Below are positions 13,501-25,052 of a stretch of DNA of 37,163 nucleotides, one piece after another. Made by a program: the position numbers and the translations under genes. The DNA is taken from NCBI GenBank assembly GCA_964200185.2, contig CAXNAD020000041.1, positions 1 through 37,163 of the forward strand, read 5' to 3'. Source of the stretch: Choristocarpus tenellus KU-1152. Its lineage: Eukaryota; Protista; Phaeophyceae. The notes beneath the pieces were generated by a model. It was not told where the DNA came from and ran no database searches. It saw nothing but the letters and a program-made list of their open reading frames with translations. Numbering within the stretch: the first letter of the stretch is position 1; every line of letters starts with the position of its first letter.

Positions 13501-16500
13501 GGAAAAACAAGAATTAATGTCAATCATACTCACAAAACTTTTCATCTTTCCCTTGCAAAATTCAGGGGGGAAATGGAATGAAGGGCATAACCTGAATAGA
13601 TACTGCAGCCATTAGGAATGGATCGAAAAAAATCAACTGAAAAACTTTCCATGTATTCAAGTATCGTCAGAATGTACACAAAATACATAGGGCAATAATG
13701 CCCCTCACCTGGTGAAAACCTACTGTTGGTGAATTTTTTTGAGGTGGTCTTTTTGTTCACTCCTTCATTTGCTTCACATTCTGCTACTCAGTGATAAGCT
13801 TAACCTGTGTCACATCAGACTCCTGGTCATTTTCATCCCACCCTTTCTCTCCTTGCTATCATCCTCCAAATGCAATAGAACAGATTATGTGGCGGATAGG
13901 TCAAGTTCATACTCATATGATCTAGGTACTCACCCCCACCATCCTCAGTTAAGAGTATCCAGTCACACTCATGAACAGCTCATGGAGTCATGGAAATGCT
14001 CGGGGAGCATGTTTGTGTGGTCCACACACTCCAAATTACAAAAAACATAGAGATTTTGATTTGGGTCGATTGCAGTTTTACCAAATGCATTATTATATTC
14101 CTACAGCCCATCGCACAAACCAGTGAACTTTTAATTACATACAGTGGATTTATTATCTGAAAATGTAATGTTTCCAACTTCCAAAAATGTGAAATATGCA
14201 GAGGTGTATCAAAGGAGTTGTTAAGATATGTTCATTCCTATCATAATGTCATTTTACTTGAAGCCTGCACCCTCCAAGTAGATTCACCATCAATGAACTA
14301 GGAACTAATGTCATCAGTTGACTCTTCTGCTATTATTAGCAGTCATGCAAGCATAGGGCAGATGCTGCAGGTGCTCCCACTGCCCTTGCCAACCTCGATT
14401 TCAAAGGTCATTTCATGCAGAGCTCCAATTCATAGTTCCCATCATAAATTCAAATATCTGTATTGTACTGATCGGCTCCACCAAGCAAGCATGCAATCAC
14501 CGAGCAACAGCTATGCATGATGGGACCTGACTGTCTTGAAGCTTTCATGGGTTCAGCTTCGTAAAAATACTCAGTATCACAATGAGCCAATGTATCTTAG
14601 AGGGTAGAGCCGTGTCCATTTGAGGACCAACATTCAATTTTGCGATTTTGATGTAATTTTGGCTGTTGTGTTTGTTAGGAAGTGTCAATATCTTTGTTTC
14701 GGACACATTTTTTCATAACATTTCCATCTTACCTACTCTGAAACATTTTGGAGTAGGGAAATGTCATATAAAAATCCCGAGGGATGCCAAGCCCCAAATG
14801 GACAAGCAGGGCAAAACTCGTACACTCTAAGATAACTTCACTCAATCCAGGAGCTAACTGGGTGGAGCACGTTTCTGATAACAAGTTTGTTGCCCTCCTT
14901 CAGTATTCTTTTTGCTCTGAAACTCTCTCTGCATAAAAGGTAGGACACCATTATTACCCTCATGAGCTGCACTTCCACACCTACTCCAGAAATGAAATTC
15001 CATGGAAAACATAAGCAGGAGGCATTTCTGAAATCAAGTTTGACTGAGAACTATTTTCAAAAGGGACCTAATGAATGTTTTGGCAGATGTCATTAGTTTA
15101 TTGCCACTGTATGGCAAGGTGAGGTGTTTTCCACCCAAAAAATTAGCACAACATAACTCTTGAAGAAAAGCAAAATTTTCACACAGATCTCATCTACTTC
15201 TTTCTTCTGATGAAAAATATGATTACCAACCTCAAACATCTAAGGAAGATCAAAAATTTTAATCTCCATGTCCTTACAATAGATTTTAGAGATGAAATAT
15301 CCACATTTTTGAACTATGAGGTCAAGATATTTATTTGGGAAGTAACTGAGGTCTGTATAGTCCTTTTTTTGTACTTACCATGATCCAACCAGTGTACATT
15401 CAAGATATACCTTTCAGTGTAAGATTACAATGTATAGTATATATTCTTTGAAGAACTTGATTGTATACACATTATGGAGCAATAAGCATTTCGTGTGAAT
15501 GGATCCTTTAACAACTTGAATTTATCCAGAACTATGTAATGTCAGATACAGATCGACTTGGGGTGTGTATGAAAGCCGATGGTGTCAGCAACATTTACGA
15601 ATTTCAATTCCTTTGCATTCTAGTACACCACTCATGCAAGTACTGTGCAGTTCTGAGTACAAAAGTGTAGACCATCTGTCCTTCCATCTCTCTACCCGTC
15701 TGTGTATTACCAGTACCATCTCTAATCCTCACACTACACCAGTGCTAAGTACTTCTGCTCATTTTTTTTGCTAAGTTCATAGTTTTAGGATAAGTTGCCC
15801 GTTATTCTTGTTATTGCAAACCAGACACCCATGGGTTGGGCCAGCCTTAACCAGCTCTAATGAATTGCTGCTATCAGCTCTTCTTGGTACCTACCACCTA
15901 TCTATCTGCTCATCATGGTATGTCTCGCAAGTTCATAATTTGGGCAATGTCTCTCTCACACTTCTCTAAATGCCGACCATGTAAAATTTTTGTCGATACG
16001 TGTACTCACCTCTATACTTGTACCTGATTGATTGATTGTCTCGTATATCTTCTCACAATTGTCTTACTCAACGCATCTTCTAATAATACTGGTCTACCAT
16101 ACATTGATAGAATAAGGGGCATGCATGTGTATATATATATATATTGATAGGAACTATCATCCACACTAGAAGTATTCAAACCTACAGCAAGTAGTATATA
16201 GTTCCTAGCAACCAACCTTCCAATAGCTCTCTCCCCCCCATCACCAAGATCACCTCAATCATGCCACATATACTTGATCCTCACACCTCTTGTGGGCACC
16301 CCATGAGTGGCTGAGGTCCCTCGCAGAGGGGTCCTTTAAAGACATGGCAAATAAAAGTATATTTATTTCTATCCAAAGTGTTGATAATAACTTACCATAG
16401 TGTTGATGATAACTTACCATAGTGTTGATGATAGCTTACCATAGTGTTGATGATAACTTACCATAGTGTTGATGATAGCTTACCATAGTGTTGATGATAA

Positions 16501-19500
16501 CTTACCAGCACAAGTCTACTTTCCGCACCTTTTTTTGAAAAAGGGTGGTCCCGGCAGGCTTCTCTTCAGAAAGGTGTATCAAATATCAGGGGCACTTCAT
16601 GTGGTGACTGTGTTAGAGCTTGGAAGAGGAGGCATGCTCCGTGTGCTTGTATACAACAATATCACAAGTATTGAGTGTGAGGTGTCCATCTCCTCCACTG
16701 AGCGTATCTGTTTGGGCTACGGGAATGATAGCTGGAAGTCATGGAACTCAGACATGATTCGACGATTGAGTCTGCGAAAACCAGTTTTAAGCAGCTATTT
16801 TGAAGGAAGAAAGAAAGCAGACACAGGAAAAGGACCTCTGAGGCATTCGGATAGGGCACTACTCTTCGACAGAACAATACTATTTACCACTTTGCGTGTC
16901 CCTAAAGGGCAATTAGCCTCAAAGGTTATGTTTGTTCGTGCATTGCTTGTAGATGCAGGAGAAGCCCTAGCCATTGAACTATACCAAGTGGAAGTATCTA
17001 GTCAATGCCGCATCCTCCTCTCTGCTGCACAATTGGTCAAGATCATTGGAAATTCAAATGTAACTCTGATACCACCAACTGATTGCTTGGAACCAAGTAC
17101 AGCAAATAGCATGGTCACCACAACACAGTGTGCAAAATCTGAAGATTCCCCCAAGTTAGGAAATACAACCATGGCACTCATACTGGCAGGAAAAAAGCAA
17201 AGGGAGCACATTCTGCAGTGTATAAAGAGCAATCTACATTACTCTTCAGAGGAAGAATGTGTATCTCTCACAGTTGGAGATTTTTCAGTCCGTGCCATAA
17301 TGGCTGTCCCTGTCAACTTGGATGAAAGGCGGCCTCAGAGAAGTGTATGTTCAACTTTCTCAGGAAACACTGACCCCTCCAATTCTCAAGCAAGAGAACC
17401 CATTGGCTTTAGGGAACAAGTTGTGAGCAAGAAGCGCCAGCCTGATATTACCAGGTACTCATATATGTATGGGGAGGATGAGTCAGGTATTGAGCACTAC
17501 CCCCGACCTCAAGACGCTGAGAAAGAAAGAGCAGCACAGCTTAGAAGGTTAGTCTATTTTCTTCTAGGCACTCCATGTGGAATTATATACATAAATACTC
17601 TGGAGAATATATATATATATATATATATGCTGTAAAGAGCTTCCTTCCCCTTTCCTTTCTACTCAAGTGATCACCACACTGACTATGATGTTCCTCGATT
17701 TTTTGTGAACTTAGGGAAGCTGCCAAGACAAAAAAAAAGCTGAAACATGAGAATAAAAAACTAAAAGGTAGTGGGGAAAAGAAGAAGAAAAATAACCTCT
17801 CGAGGCACAAGGAACGCAACATCACTGCAAAAAAAGATAACCCCAGCAAAATTGAGAATCAACTCAGTGTACAGGGAGATCTTGACCTGCTGGAAAGTCC
17901 CAATGCGGCGGTAAGCAGAAAGTGTTACAGCACCAAAATCCCCACATGACAGACACCATTGCTCATGCCTGGCTGAAGAAACAGACATTTTTTTTAATAT
18001 TCCTTCCTCAGAACTTTGTTTCTTATGGTAATCTTGCTTTCTTTGTCCACTTACATGTGTGATTGTGTCAATCCATCCCACTGATATGTATGATTTGCAT
18101 GAAACTGTGAGAATTTATATATATATATATATATTTGTGACAAGAAATCTTGTGTTCCTTATGTGTTACTCCCTTAACTCCTCTCCAGGATAACACGGAG
18201 GAAAAGGACCCCATTGCCTCCAAAAATATTGTTGAGTCCAGTCCGCTTGACACAGAAGCTGAAACATGTACTTTTAAGGAGGCTATCAAAGTCAGGGTTG
18301 GTGGGTGGGAACAGCACCAGCCCGCATGTGATGTTATTGTCACAGTTTTTGAGTCTTGGCTGTCTCAGGGAATCACACCTGCTTCTACTGATGGCATAGA
18401 GGGGGACAAACTCTTCCGTGTTGTTGTATACAACCCCAAACTGGCATCATGTGCAGAAACCTTCATTGAGGGCAAAAATGACTTGTGTGAGGTGAGCAAG
18501 TGATTTCATATAGATATTCCGGAATGCATCATATCATACTCTTCAATACTGACTCTTGATTGAATGGTTTAACTTCTTCTTCAACCAGGTGGCTGGGCCA
18601 CTCAAGCAAGAGTTGGTGACTGGCAACACTACTTTGGATCCACTTTTCCACTTTATTTTCCATGAACGCATGAAAATCATGGAGGGTACTTGGGACGAGG
18701 AACTTGACTGCTATGTTGCCCAAGATACAAAGTTTACAGTTGTGCTCAAACGCAGTCGGTTGTATCGGTCAATTAAGCAAACTCCAATTCACCTAGGAGG
18801 GGATAAGGATGCAGAGGCAAACAAAGCTCATATCATCAAGGACAAAGAGCAGAGGGGAAGAAAGGCATGTAATGAGTTATACATGCATACAGCAGATTTG
18901 GATTAAGCCATATATCAAGGGGTACAGAATTGCTAACACAGTGCATGTTAGAAATACTTCACTATCAGCAGGTAGTTGCATCGTCTGGGAAAACCATAAC
19001 ACAGACTAGACTGTTGCAGGAGTTAGAAAATTGTGTTTACCCACGTAGTACTGTACTCAATCAATACTGGCATTGGCGCACAGTGGAACTTGTTAATGTG
19101 TTACCCATCCTTGCAAGTCCTTAGCAGAAGCAAGGGACCACATTCCTCCTGCGAAAACTTAGCAAACGAATGTAGAATGCTATGCAGAGCTCTTATCCAC
19201 ACCAATTACGATTGGCATACATCAGGTGTTCCGTCGAGCTCTGAGAATCAATGGAGCACTATTCCAGGTCACTGCATATGATCTGGTTGGCAATAGGGAC
19301 ACAGATGGAGCAGTCCCAACAATGAAGTTCATTGCATATGAATCGAAGAAGCAGACACAGGTGTTTGTTGCCAACAGAATATGCTCACAATTTTTTTTCC
19401 CATTAGGTTTGTACCAGTTCATTTTTGGAACCATATTGTGGTTGGCACGACATGATGGTGAGAAAGTACACTCATGATTTGACTAAGTCCACTTTGTGAC

Positions 19501-22500
19501 CCATATAAATGAGTGTTGTACTGAAGAATGCACCCCAACAAGAGTTTATTTTGCAGCATTTGTCAAACTCTAGGTAGATGTGTGTTCTTTCTCATCACAC
19601 TTTGTCTCACTTCCATTGAGCAGCTTGTCACCTTGGTGAAGCCTGAAGCTGTGCTGGAAATTTGTGGTGGTGTACACTCACCATGGCTTGTCCAGGAAAA
19701 GCGCACAGAGCTAGCAGGAATCGTAGCAGAATCTCTTCGGATCAAGGTGCATATATGTGACCTTTATGGAGCTGAGAACAGATTCGATTATTGTGATGAT
19801 TGGAGTGATTACATGATGCAGAAGTACCCCTGCTATCTAGAAGACTTTAGGTTTATGTCCACTACATCAATAGTGGCTATGCTGTAGTATACTAAAGGAC
19901 ATAACTGTCTTAGGAGGATTCAATGGTAGACCCTGCAAAAGCACGTGGCTAAAATTTTGGGTCTCTCACAAATTTTATTAATACCTCTGTGCAACATGGG
20001 AATGGCGTGAGAACTTCATGTGTGATGAGAAATAATGCTCTTGAGTAAATGTATTATTCGAAATTGGAAATAATTCAATTGCAACTTACATGTTGCACTG
20101 TATCAAATGGCAACTGTGATACTCTATCAGTTTTCCCATGGGGGAGAACCAACTCTGGTGGTTTCCTGGTCTGGTGAAAAGCTAGGATATGCGGATGAAA
20201 CATATAGAGGAGAGCAGATTCGTCCTCCAGAGGAAAGGACACTGTCCCGTTCAAGAAGTGAAGACTTTGAAAGACTAGCAGCTTTCAGCACACGCATTAC
20301 AGATCTTGAGGTGAGTGATGAATCTTTCCATACAATTAAATGGGTACAGGTGCCTACAAAAATATTGAGTTGGTTGGCATCTCAGCTGTCTATGATATCC
20401 ATTGTGCTTGTCTACCTCAGGTGGTTGTGACAGTGATAGTTGAGGCTAGAGAAAAGGCCAATATGGAGGAGGCAATCGCCAAGGGTGATGATGATATCAA
20501 TTTCCCAACACTCATATTCAACATCTACTGTCCTAAGCTAGCAGCAAGCACCGATGTTGACTTGCCATACCCTATGCAGAGGAACATGACAGGTGATGCT
20601 ATTATCTACCACTATGGGTGTTCTGCAGGTATTCTGAACAATTGACAAGATGAGAGCAATTTAAGACATTCACAACCTCTCCATAGGGAGCAGTTGTTCA
20701 TGTGAACATTTTTTCTTTCAATGTCTTTTTTCACTCTGGAAATTCAGTTCTTTTGTGACGACAGTACTACTTCTAGTGTATACTACTGGTCCTTAGAGTC
20801 ACCACCATATTATCCCAGGCCAGAGCATATTGCAGTACTCTGACGGAGAGGCACGGTCTTCAGCGCTCCATCGTGTTGTTCGCTACCTCTGCCTCAGTGA
20901 CGATACAGAGATAGATCCAATGCTTGAAGGGCGTAGAAGGCTGAAGGCAAATGTAAGCTACAAGAAATAGATACATCATTGCCCTTAAGTACCTGCTCCT
21001 GACCACCTCGATGCTTAAAAAGATGCTTGATGGGGAACCAAATTATTTAGTTTTCATGCCGACCAACCCAACAGCCCTGCCTTCTTTCACATGTCAAACC
21101 TGTTTGGGAGTTACTTTGTCCCCCTCATCAAATAAGAACAATGAGAAGATGCCCCTTCATTGATGTCCTTCATTGTTGTACTGTCTTGTTCTCCAGAGTG
21201 TTATGGTTAGGAACAAAAGGACTCCTGTGGTGATTGCAGATTTGAAATATGAAGCAATACAGAAAGGATCAAAATTATGTCATACTCACATGTTCATACT
21301 TTTTTTACCAATTGTGCAAAAATGAGCAAGACCATACCTTTTCAATCCCAAGAACCATGTAACTCATTTTGGTCAATACATCATGACACCTGTTGAGGGA
21401 GGTCATGAGCAATTACAATAGCTTAGAAATTTAACCTTCTGCCTCGAACTGTCTCAATGTACAGCAGCAAGCAACTTATGATACAAATTCAAGGTGGGGC
21501 TGCTACAGGTGTGTATACTGAAACTATGCATGACGCACAAACAGAAGTAAGGTATGACAGCACCTAATACTATACTTTCTGAGTAGTTACCAATTATAAT
21601 TCAATTTTTTATGTCAAGAAGAGTAAGAAGTCACCAGTGTTGTTTGGCTACGTAGACCAGTTGCATCTTGTGTTGATATTATGGTCTAAGAGCCCTGCAA
21701 AATGTCTTAATCAAACAAAATATTCATGAAGGGCTAGTAGGTCAATAATCCGAAGTGTTCCTCAAGGGAAAGCCAAGTTGTTGGGAACTCAGGTTGTGTT
21801 TTAAGCTGCAAACAGTAAACAAACAGCACCACCGCCCTTTACTTAATAACCCTCAAAATCGATACAACCAAACAGAAGGTTACGAGAAGTTTATCTGGGT
21901 GGGGTATGTGCATGCGTCATACTTGGGTTGTGTCAGGTGCACTACAAGGAGCAGAAAACATGGTTGGCTGCCTACAACAACCTGGACACATCAGATGAGC
22001 CCTCTCTACAAAAAACCATAGGACAGCCCTTGGTTTTCATACCTAGCGATCTTGAAGGGGACCTGGTCCTTTGCAAGGTGAAGATGATTCTTTTTCAGGA
22101 GATGTTCAATGCAGCATATGGTATGCATTTCATTTACTGGAAAAGTGGAATACAGTACTCTTGGTCAAAGGCCTGGTCCCATTCCACTGGGTTTGTGAAA
22201 CATCCAGTTTGGACCCTGAACCGTTTAATTCCTGGAACAGTGTGAGTGTGTAATACACCAATCCAGTTGGTACAGCCAGTATGGACTCACAAGTCCAGTC
22301 ACCAGATGCTTGTTTGGATTGAGAGCAGGTATGTTTGAGTTCAGATGCACTGTCCTGGCTGCTTGCGTCAGTGGTTGATGCATCAGGTAGGCCATTCTCC
22401 ATAGCTGACTTTCTGAGCTGACCCCTCTCTCACCAACAGCTATTGGGCTGGACTAGGCTGTGACTACACAATTGATGTGTTACTACCATGACACATGACC

Positions 22501-24815
22501 CAGCACCATAAATCGAACCCAACTACTGGAGTATTACTGACTACTGTGCTAGATGGGTGGAAGTCTACCCATGCACCCATCATATCTGTCAAAATATTAC
22601 ATTGGAAGTTTTGGGGCAAGCTGTTAAATCCGAAAATTCCGTATTTCCCGCAAAGATGAAGTTAGAGGTCATCAGAGTGATGTGTTGTATTGATTTTCAC
22701 TTCAAACAGAAGTAGTTTGACATACAGTGTGAACAATTTCCTGCTTATTGATATTATACAACCAACTAAACCAAAACCCTACATAGTACAGTAGTGACAC
22801 CATGTTTTATTCCTGTTACTGATCAAATTAAGTGAGATATTTGCACCTACACCTTGACACAAAGCAATGGATACTTGCAACTTTTCATCAGACATTCCTA
22901 CCCAGCTAAGAAAAAAAGCATCAACCCACCAGAAGGCCCGCTTCAGCATATTGAAGTATTATCAGGCAGTCATCTTCAACAAAAGATAAATAAAATTATA
23001 TAGAAATTACCTGCAAAAAAAGACAACACTCACACCATGCACATAGCCTGTCGCCCAAGGACTTGAAAATCTAGGTGTTGCAATGTTTGTATGTGAAGGA
23101 AATGTGTGCAAAAACACGAGTAGCCCTCCTCTTCATCTCAAAATCCTATCTTTTTGTCTATATTTAAGTCTGATCCAATATAGTGAGTGCTGAGTCAAGT
23201 AGTGGTCGGGCTGAAAGTGAGTTAACTAGCCTGCTTTGGTGTTAAATGTTTCTGAAAAAAGTTCAGTCCAGACCACAGCTCAGTATAATCTTGTTTTGGA
23301 AGGTTCATTCATTCTCAGGCTGCTGAGGTTTGTGGTGTCAGGAAAATTTGGACAAGATACTGTCAACTTCCTCCATCTCTGCAGATAAGAAATGGTCCTG
23401 ATTATAGGTCATGACTCATTGGTAAGAGCTTTTTACTTTGTAGTCCTTGTAGTTGAGGTTGAGAGAGTAAGAGCTACTCTGGATATCTAAGGTCAGCATT
23501 GCTTACAGAGGTATTATCAATGCAGATAACTTGTGAATTGTAGACCACTGTCATTCTACCATCTTACTCTACCCTATAGTACAATACTAGCCGTATTTTT
23601 AATTTCAACTTCAGTTTACAGTGGAATCAAGCAGACATTGTTGGGGGCATCACATGTTTAAGGAACATTTGTTTTGGGGATTAGCATTGTTCCAAAAGCA
23701 TAATATGTGATTACCAACATCATGTCATGTCAGGTGATACATCAAGAGAATTTGGATTAGATTTCTTCGAAGAGCACATGCTTCATTATACCTAACACAC
23801 CATTGTAAAAACAAAGCTGATAATTGCACAAGATGTCTTACCACTCTATTCAATAATAGGGAAAGTGTGTTGGGGAGTTCAACAAAGTTTTCAAACAAAT
23901 TGCTAAATAATGGTATCATAAAAGGTTGGAAAGTGGGGAGACTCATTATCACCTAAATGGCGCCACAAGAGCAAAGAAAAAAAGATAATGGGACCCCAAT
24001 ATGTATATGGTCCTGGCATTCACAGCACAGTTGGGATGGGACATCAGTACGGAGAGTAATCCTGTACCCAGGCAGATGACCAAAATACATGCTGCAAGTC
24101 ATGTACATATCCTCTTCAGACGTCCAAAACAGATACTCTCTAGAACACACTACTAGACTACTTGATGAAAAAAATGCTCACAGAGGCACTGACCCCCGTG
24201 GCACTATGGAGTGCTTACTTTTTGTTAGTTGTAACTCATTGCTTGGTGCTCACACATAAAGCTAATACCTCACAACATGATAAGTTCTGACCATCAGTAT
24301 TCTTGTTAAAAGCTTAATTTCGTAAGGGGGGGAGGGGTAGCACTGTTTTGATGTTTTCTGCAGACCATACTAATCAGATTTCTGGACCACTCGTGCAATC
24401 AGGGAGTCACAATAAGTGGTCTAAAGATACTGCTCTCCATATACACAAAGAGTAAAGGCCTCGCGGGTAACAAGGGTCTGGTGTGGGAGGCATACAGTCA
24501 GGAGACATGCCTTACTTCCTTCCTACACACTGGTGCCAGTGAATTGCTGGAACAGGTGACGTGCCTCTAAAAGTGACAATGTATATAAAGACAAGAAAAA
24601 AAATGTATGTGCCATGACACATAGGATAATGCCTGCTGTCACCCCCTCTGCTCATGCCCTAGGTTGACCAAAAGGAGCACCTCCTCGAAGATAGTCATTT
24701 GGTGGGCACAATTCACATGCTGCTGGCACGTTTGGTGCTTGAGAAGGGCACCACAGGGACATGGCAACTGCGACTTGACCATAGGCTTAAGCCATGTATA
24801 TTTGGGGGGTTGTAG
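889..24815 (+). CDS. Giant (~2699 aa) IQ-motif / coiled-coil protein with two dynein-stalk MTBD-like segments and C-terminal beta-rich repeats; 23 exons
   Basis: Exons joined by hand: 889-1353, 5633-5946, 6254-6583, 6773-8981, 9097-9416, 9786-10299, 10416-10660, 11343-11460, 11575-11661, 11828-11959, 12332-12727, 16544-17547, 17715-17910, 18189-18491, 18589-18864, 19226-19360, 19624-19746, 20131-20310, 20421-20592, 20819-20952, 21937-22077, 24403-24555, 24663-24815. Sum is 8100 nt, every junction is phase-compatible, all GT-AG except one GC-AG; stop TAG 24813-24815. Start is uncertain because an in-frame CAG acceptor at 877-879 could attach an upstream exon. Confidence 0.85.
3130..3420 (-). 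mobile_element. Possible highly decayed MULE-like transposase remnant in intron 1
   Basis: Frameshifted KLHAVD...ELLQTVDKQNHLVIAVIAIC...FFTDHF weakly resembles the MULE D..D(x)NN...SD core. Confidence 0.25.
5633..5946 (+). CDS. Gene 1 exon 2
   Basis: ttttctctgcag|GAT; DIRLWLGFNLTRNPF continues exon 1 in phase 0; donor AG|GTGAGA. Confidence 0.88.
6254..6583 (+). CDS. Gene 1 exon 3
   Basis: atccag|A TAT GAG; donor AAG|GTGTGT; phase 2 on both sides. Confidence 0.82.
6773..8981 (+). CDS. Gene 1 exon 4 (coiled coil, IQ motifs, first MTBD-like segment, second coiled coil)
   Basis: 2.2 kb open frame; IQ motifs LQRIVRGVQRR, IQRIVRGHLGR, IQMVIRGHIGR, IQCEARRR; ttgcag acceptor and GAG|GTGACA donor. 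Confidence 0.93.
9097..9416 (+). CDS. Gene 1 exon 5
   Basis: gctcag|ATG CAA; donor GAG|GTGATA. Confidence 0.87.
9786..10299 (+). CDS. Gene 1 exon 6 (start of second MTBD-like segment)
   Basis: ctcag|G TAT TGT; EKPPSPACHIIMEATIILL...SWMEARQLL; donor CAG|GTGTGT. Confidence 0.88.
10416..10660 (+). CDS. Gene 1 exon 7
   Basis: tacag|GCT TAC; AYITHKEWPP...LAHLCEWVSAVV; donor GG|GTGTGT. Confidence 0.85.
11343..11460 (+). CDS. Gene 1 exon 8
   Basis: ttttcag|G TGG; WLAAYYSLLSSVLEDVRTFRIAKHIKG; donor GAG|GTGGGA. Confidence 0.85.
11575..11661 (+). CDS. Gene 1 exon 9
   Basis: gcag|GTT TAT; VYQECKRLFFSVYNPETCVRHILSLDESK; donor AAG|GTATTT. Confidence 0.85.
11828..11959 (+). CDS. Gene 1 exon 10
   Basis: cctctag|GTC; VSHLLAPRLNE...FQELRQRQ; donor CAG|GTAGGA. 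Confidence 0.85.
12332..12727 (+). CDS. Gene 1 exon 11
   Basis: atgcag|GGT; RLLRETRHISGHLAVVTVYEE; donor AAG|GTGTGT. Confidence 0.88.
16377..16507. repeat. 22-bp minisatellite, ~6 copies (GTGTTGATGATAACTTACCATA)
   Basis: Head-to-tail near-identical units, no spacers. Confidence 0.95.
16544..17547 (+). CDS. Gene 1 exon 12
   Basis: ttttgaaaaag|GGT; GGPGRLLFRKVYQISG...; donor AG|GTTAGT. Confidence 0.87.
17607..17628. repeat. (AT)n microsatellite (others at ~16130-16144 and ~18116-18134)
   Basis: Direct reading. Confidence 0.9.
17715..17910 (+). CDS. Gene 1 exon 13 (Lys-rich linker)
   Basis: acttag|G GAA; EAAKTKKKLKHENKKLKGSGEKKKK; donor GCG|GTAAGC. Confidence 0.8.
18189..18491 (+). CDS. Gene 1 exon 14
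   Basis: ctctccag|GAT; FRVVVYNPKLAS; donor GAG|GTGAGC. Confidence 0.87.
18589..18864 (+). CDS. Gene 1 exon 15 (GC donor)
   Basis: accag|GTG; ends EQRGRK at AAG|GCATGT. Confidence 0.8.
19226..19360 (+). CDS. Gene 1 exon 16
   Basis: atcag|GTG; VFRRALRINGALFQVTAYD; donor CAG|GTGTTT. Confidence 0.85.
19624..19746 (+). CDS. Gene 1 exon 17
   Basis: gagcag|CTT; LVTLVKPEAVLEICGGVHSPWL; donor AAG|GTGCAT. Confidence 0.85.
20131..20310 (+). CDS. Gene 1 exon 18
   Basis: ctatcag|TTT; FSHGGEPTLVVSWSG; donor GAG|GTGAGT. Confidence 0.85.
20421..20592 (+). CDS. Gene 1 exon 19
   Basis: cctcag|GTG; VVVTVIVE...LIFNIYCPKLAA; donor CAG|GTGATG, phase 1. Confidence 0.85.
20819..20952 (+). CDS. Gene 1 exon 20
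   Basis: tcccag|GC CAG; GQSILQYSDGEARSSALHRVVRYL; donor AAT|GTAAGC. Confidence 0.83.
21937..22077 (+). CDS. Gene 1 exon 21
   Basis: tgtcag|GTG; VHYKEQKTWL...GDLVLCK; donor AAG|GTGAAG. Confidence 0.83.
24403..24555 (+). CDS. Gene 1 exon 22 (not in ORF track)
   Basis: caatcag|GGA; GVTISGLKILLSIYTK...GLVWEAYSQETCLTSFLH completes the repeat begun by DLVLCK; donor CAG|GTGACG. Confidence 0.82.
24663..24815 (+). CDS. Gene 1 terminal exon 23 (not in ORF track)
   Basis: gccctag|GTT; VDQKEHLLEDSHL...WQLRLDHRLKPCIFGGL*. Confidence 0.78.
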   Translation, partial: VDQKEHLLEDSHLVGTIHMLLARLVLEKGTTGTWQLRLDHRLKPCIFGGL

Positions 24816-25052
24816 AGAAAGCACCTTTTCAGCAGGGTAGGTATTAATCGACACAACTAGCATTAAGCAAGATGTTAAACAAGGATAAAGTGCAAGTAGA
24901 AAGAATCATTTCACCTCTTGCAGTGGTTGTGTATCACAAACTCATTAAATTATTCTCAAATATTTTACTGTTCACAGGTCTTTCATTACACTAAAGTACA
25001 AAACACCATATTGGGCTGCATCTGAACTCCTCCATTCCACCCTATTATGCCA

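Noticed and set aside
16377-16507. Short repeat arrays (also 32908-33094, 36488-36569) as CRISPR
   Set aside because: Units are contiguous with no unique spacers, no cas genes, eukaryotic context
16466-16543. N-terminus of the 389-aa ORF as a separate gene start
   Set aside because: Lies in the minisatellite/intron; the coding part starts at acceptor 16544
23319-23414. Candidate terminal exon for gene 1 (AAEVCGVRKIW...DYRS*)
   Set aside because: Phase-compatible, but exon 24403-24555 completes the repeat far better and leads to a further exon; at most a minor alternative
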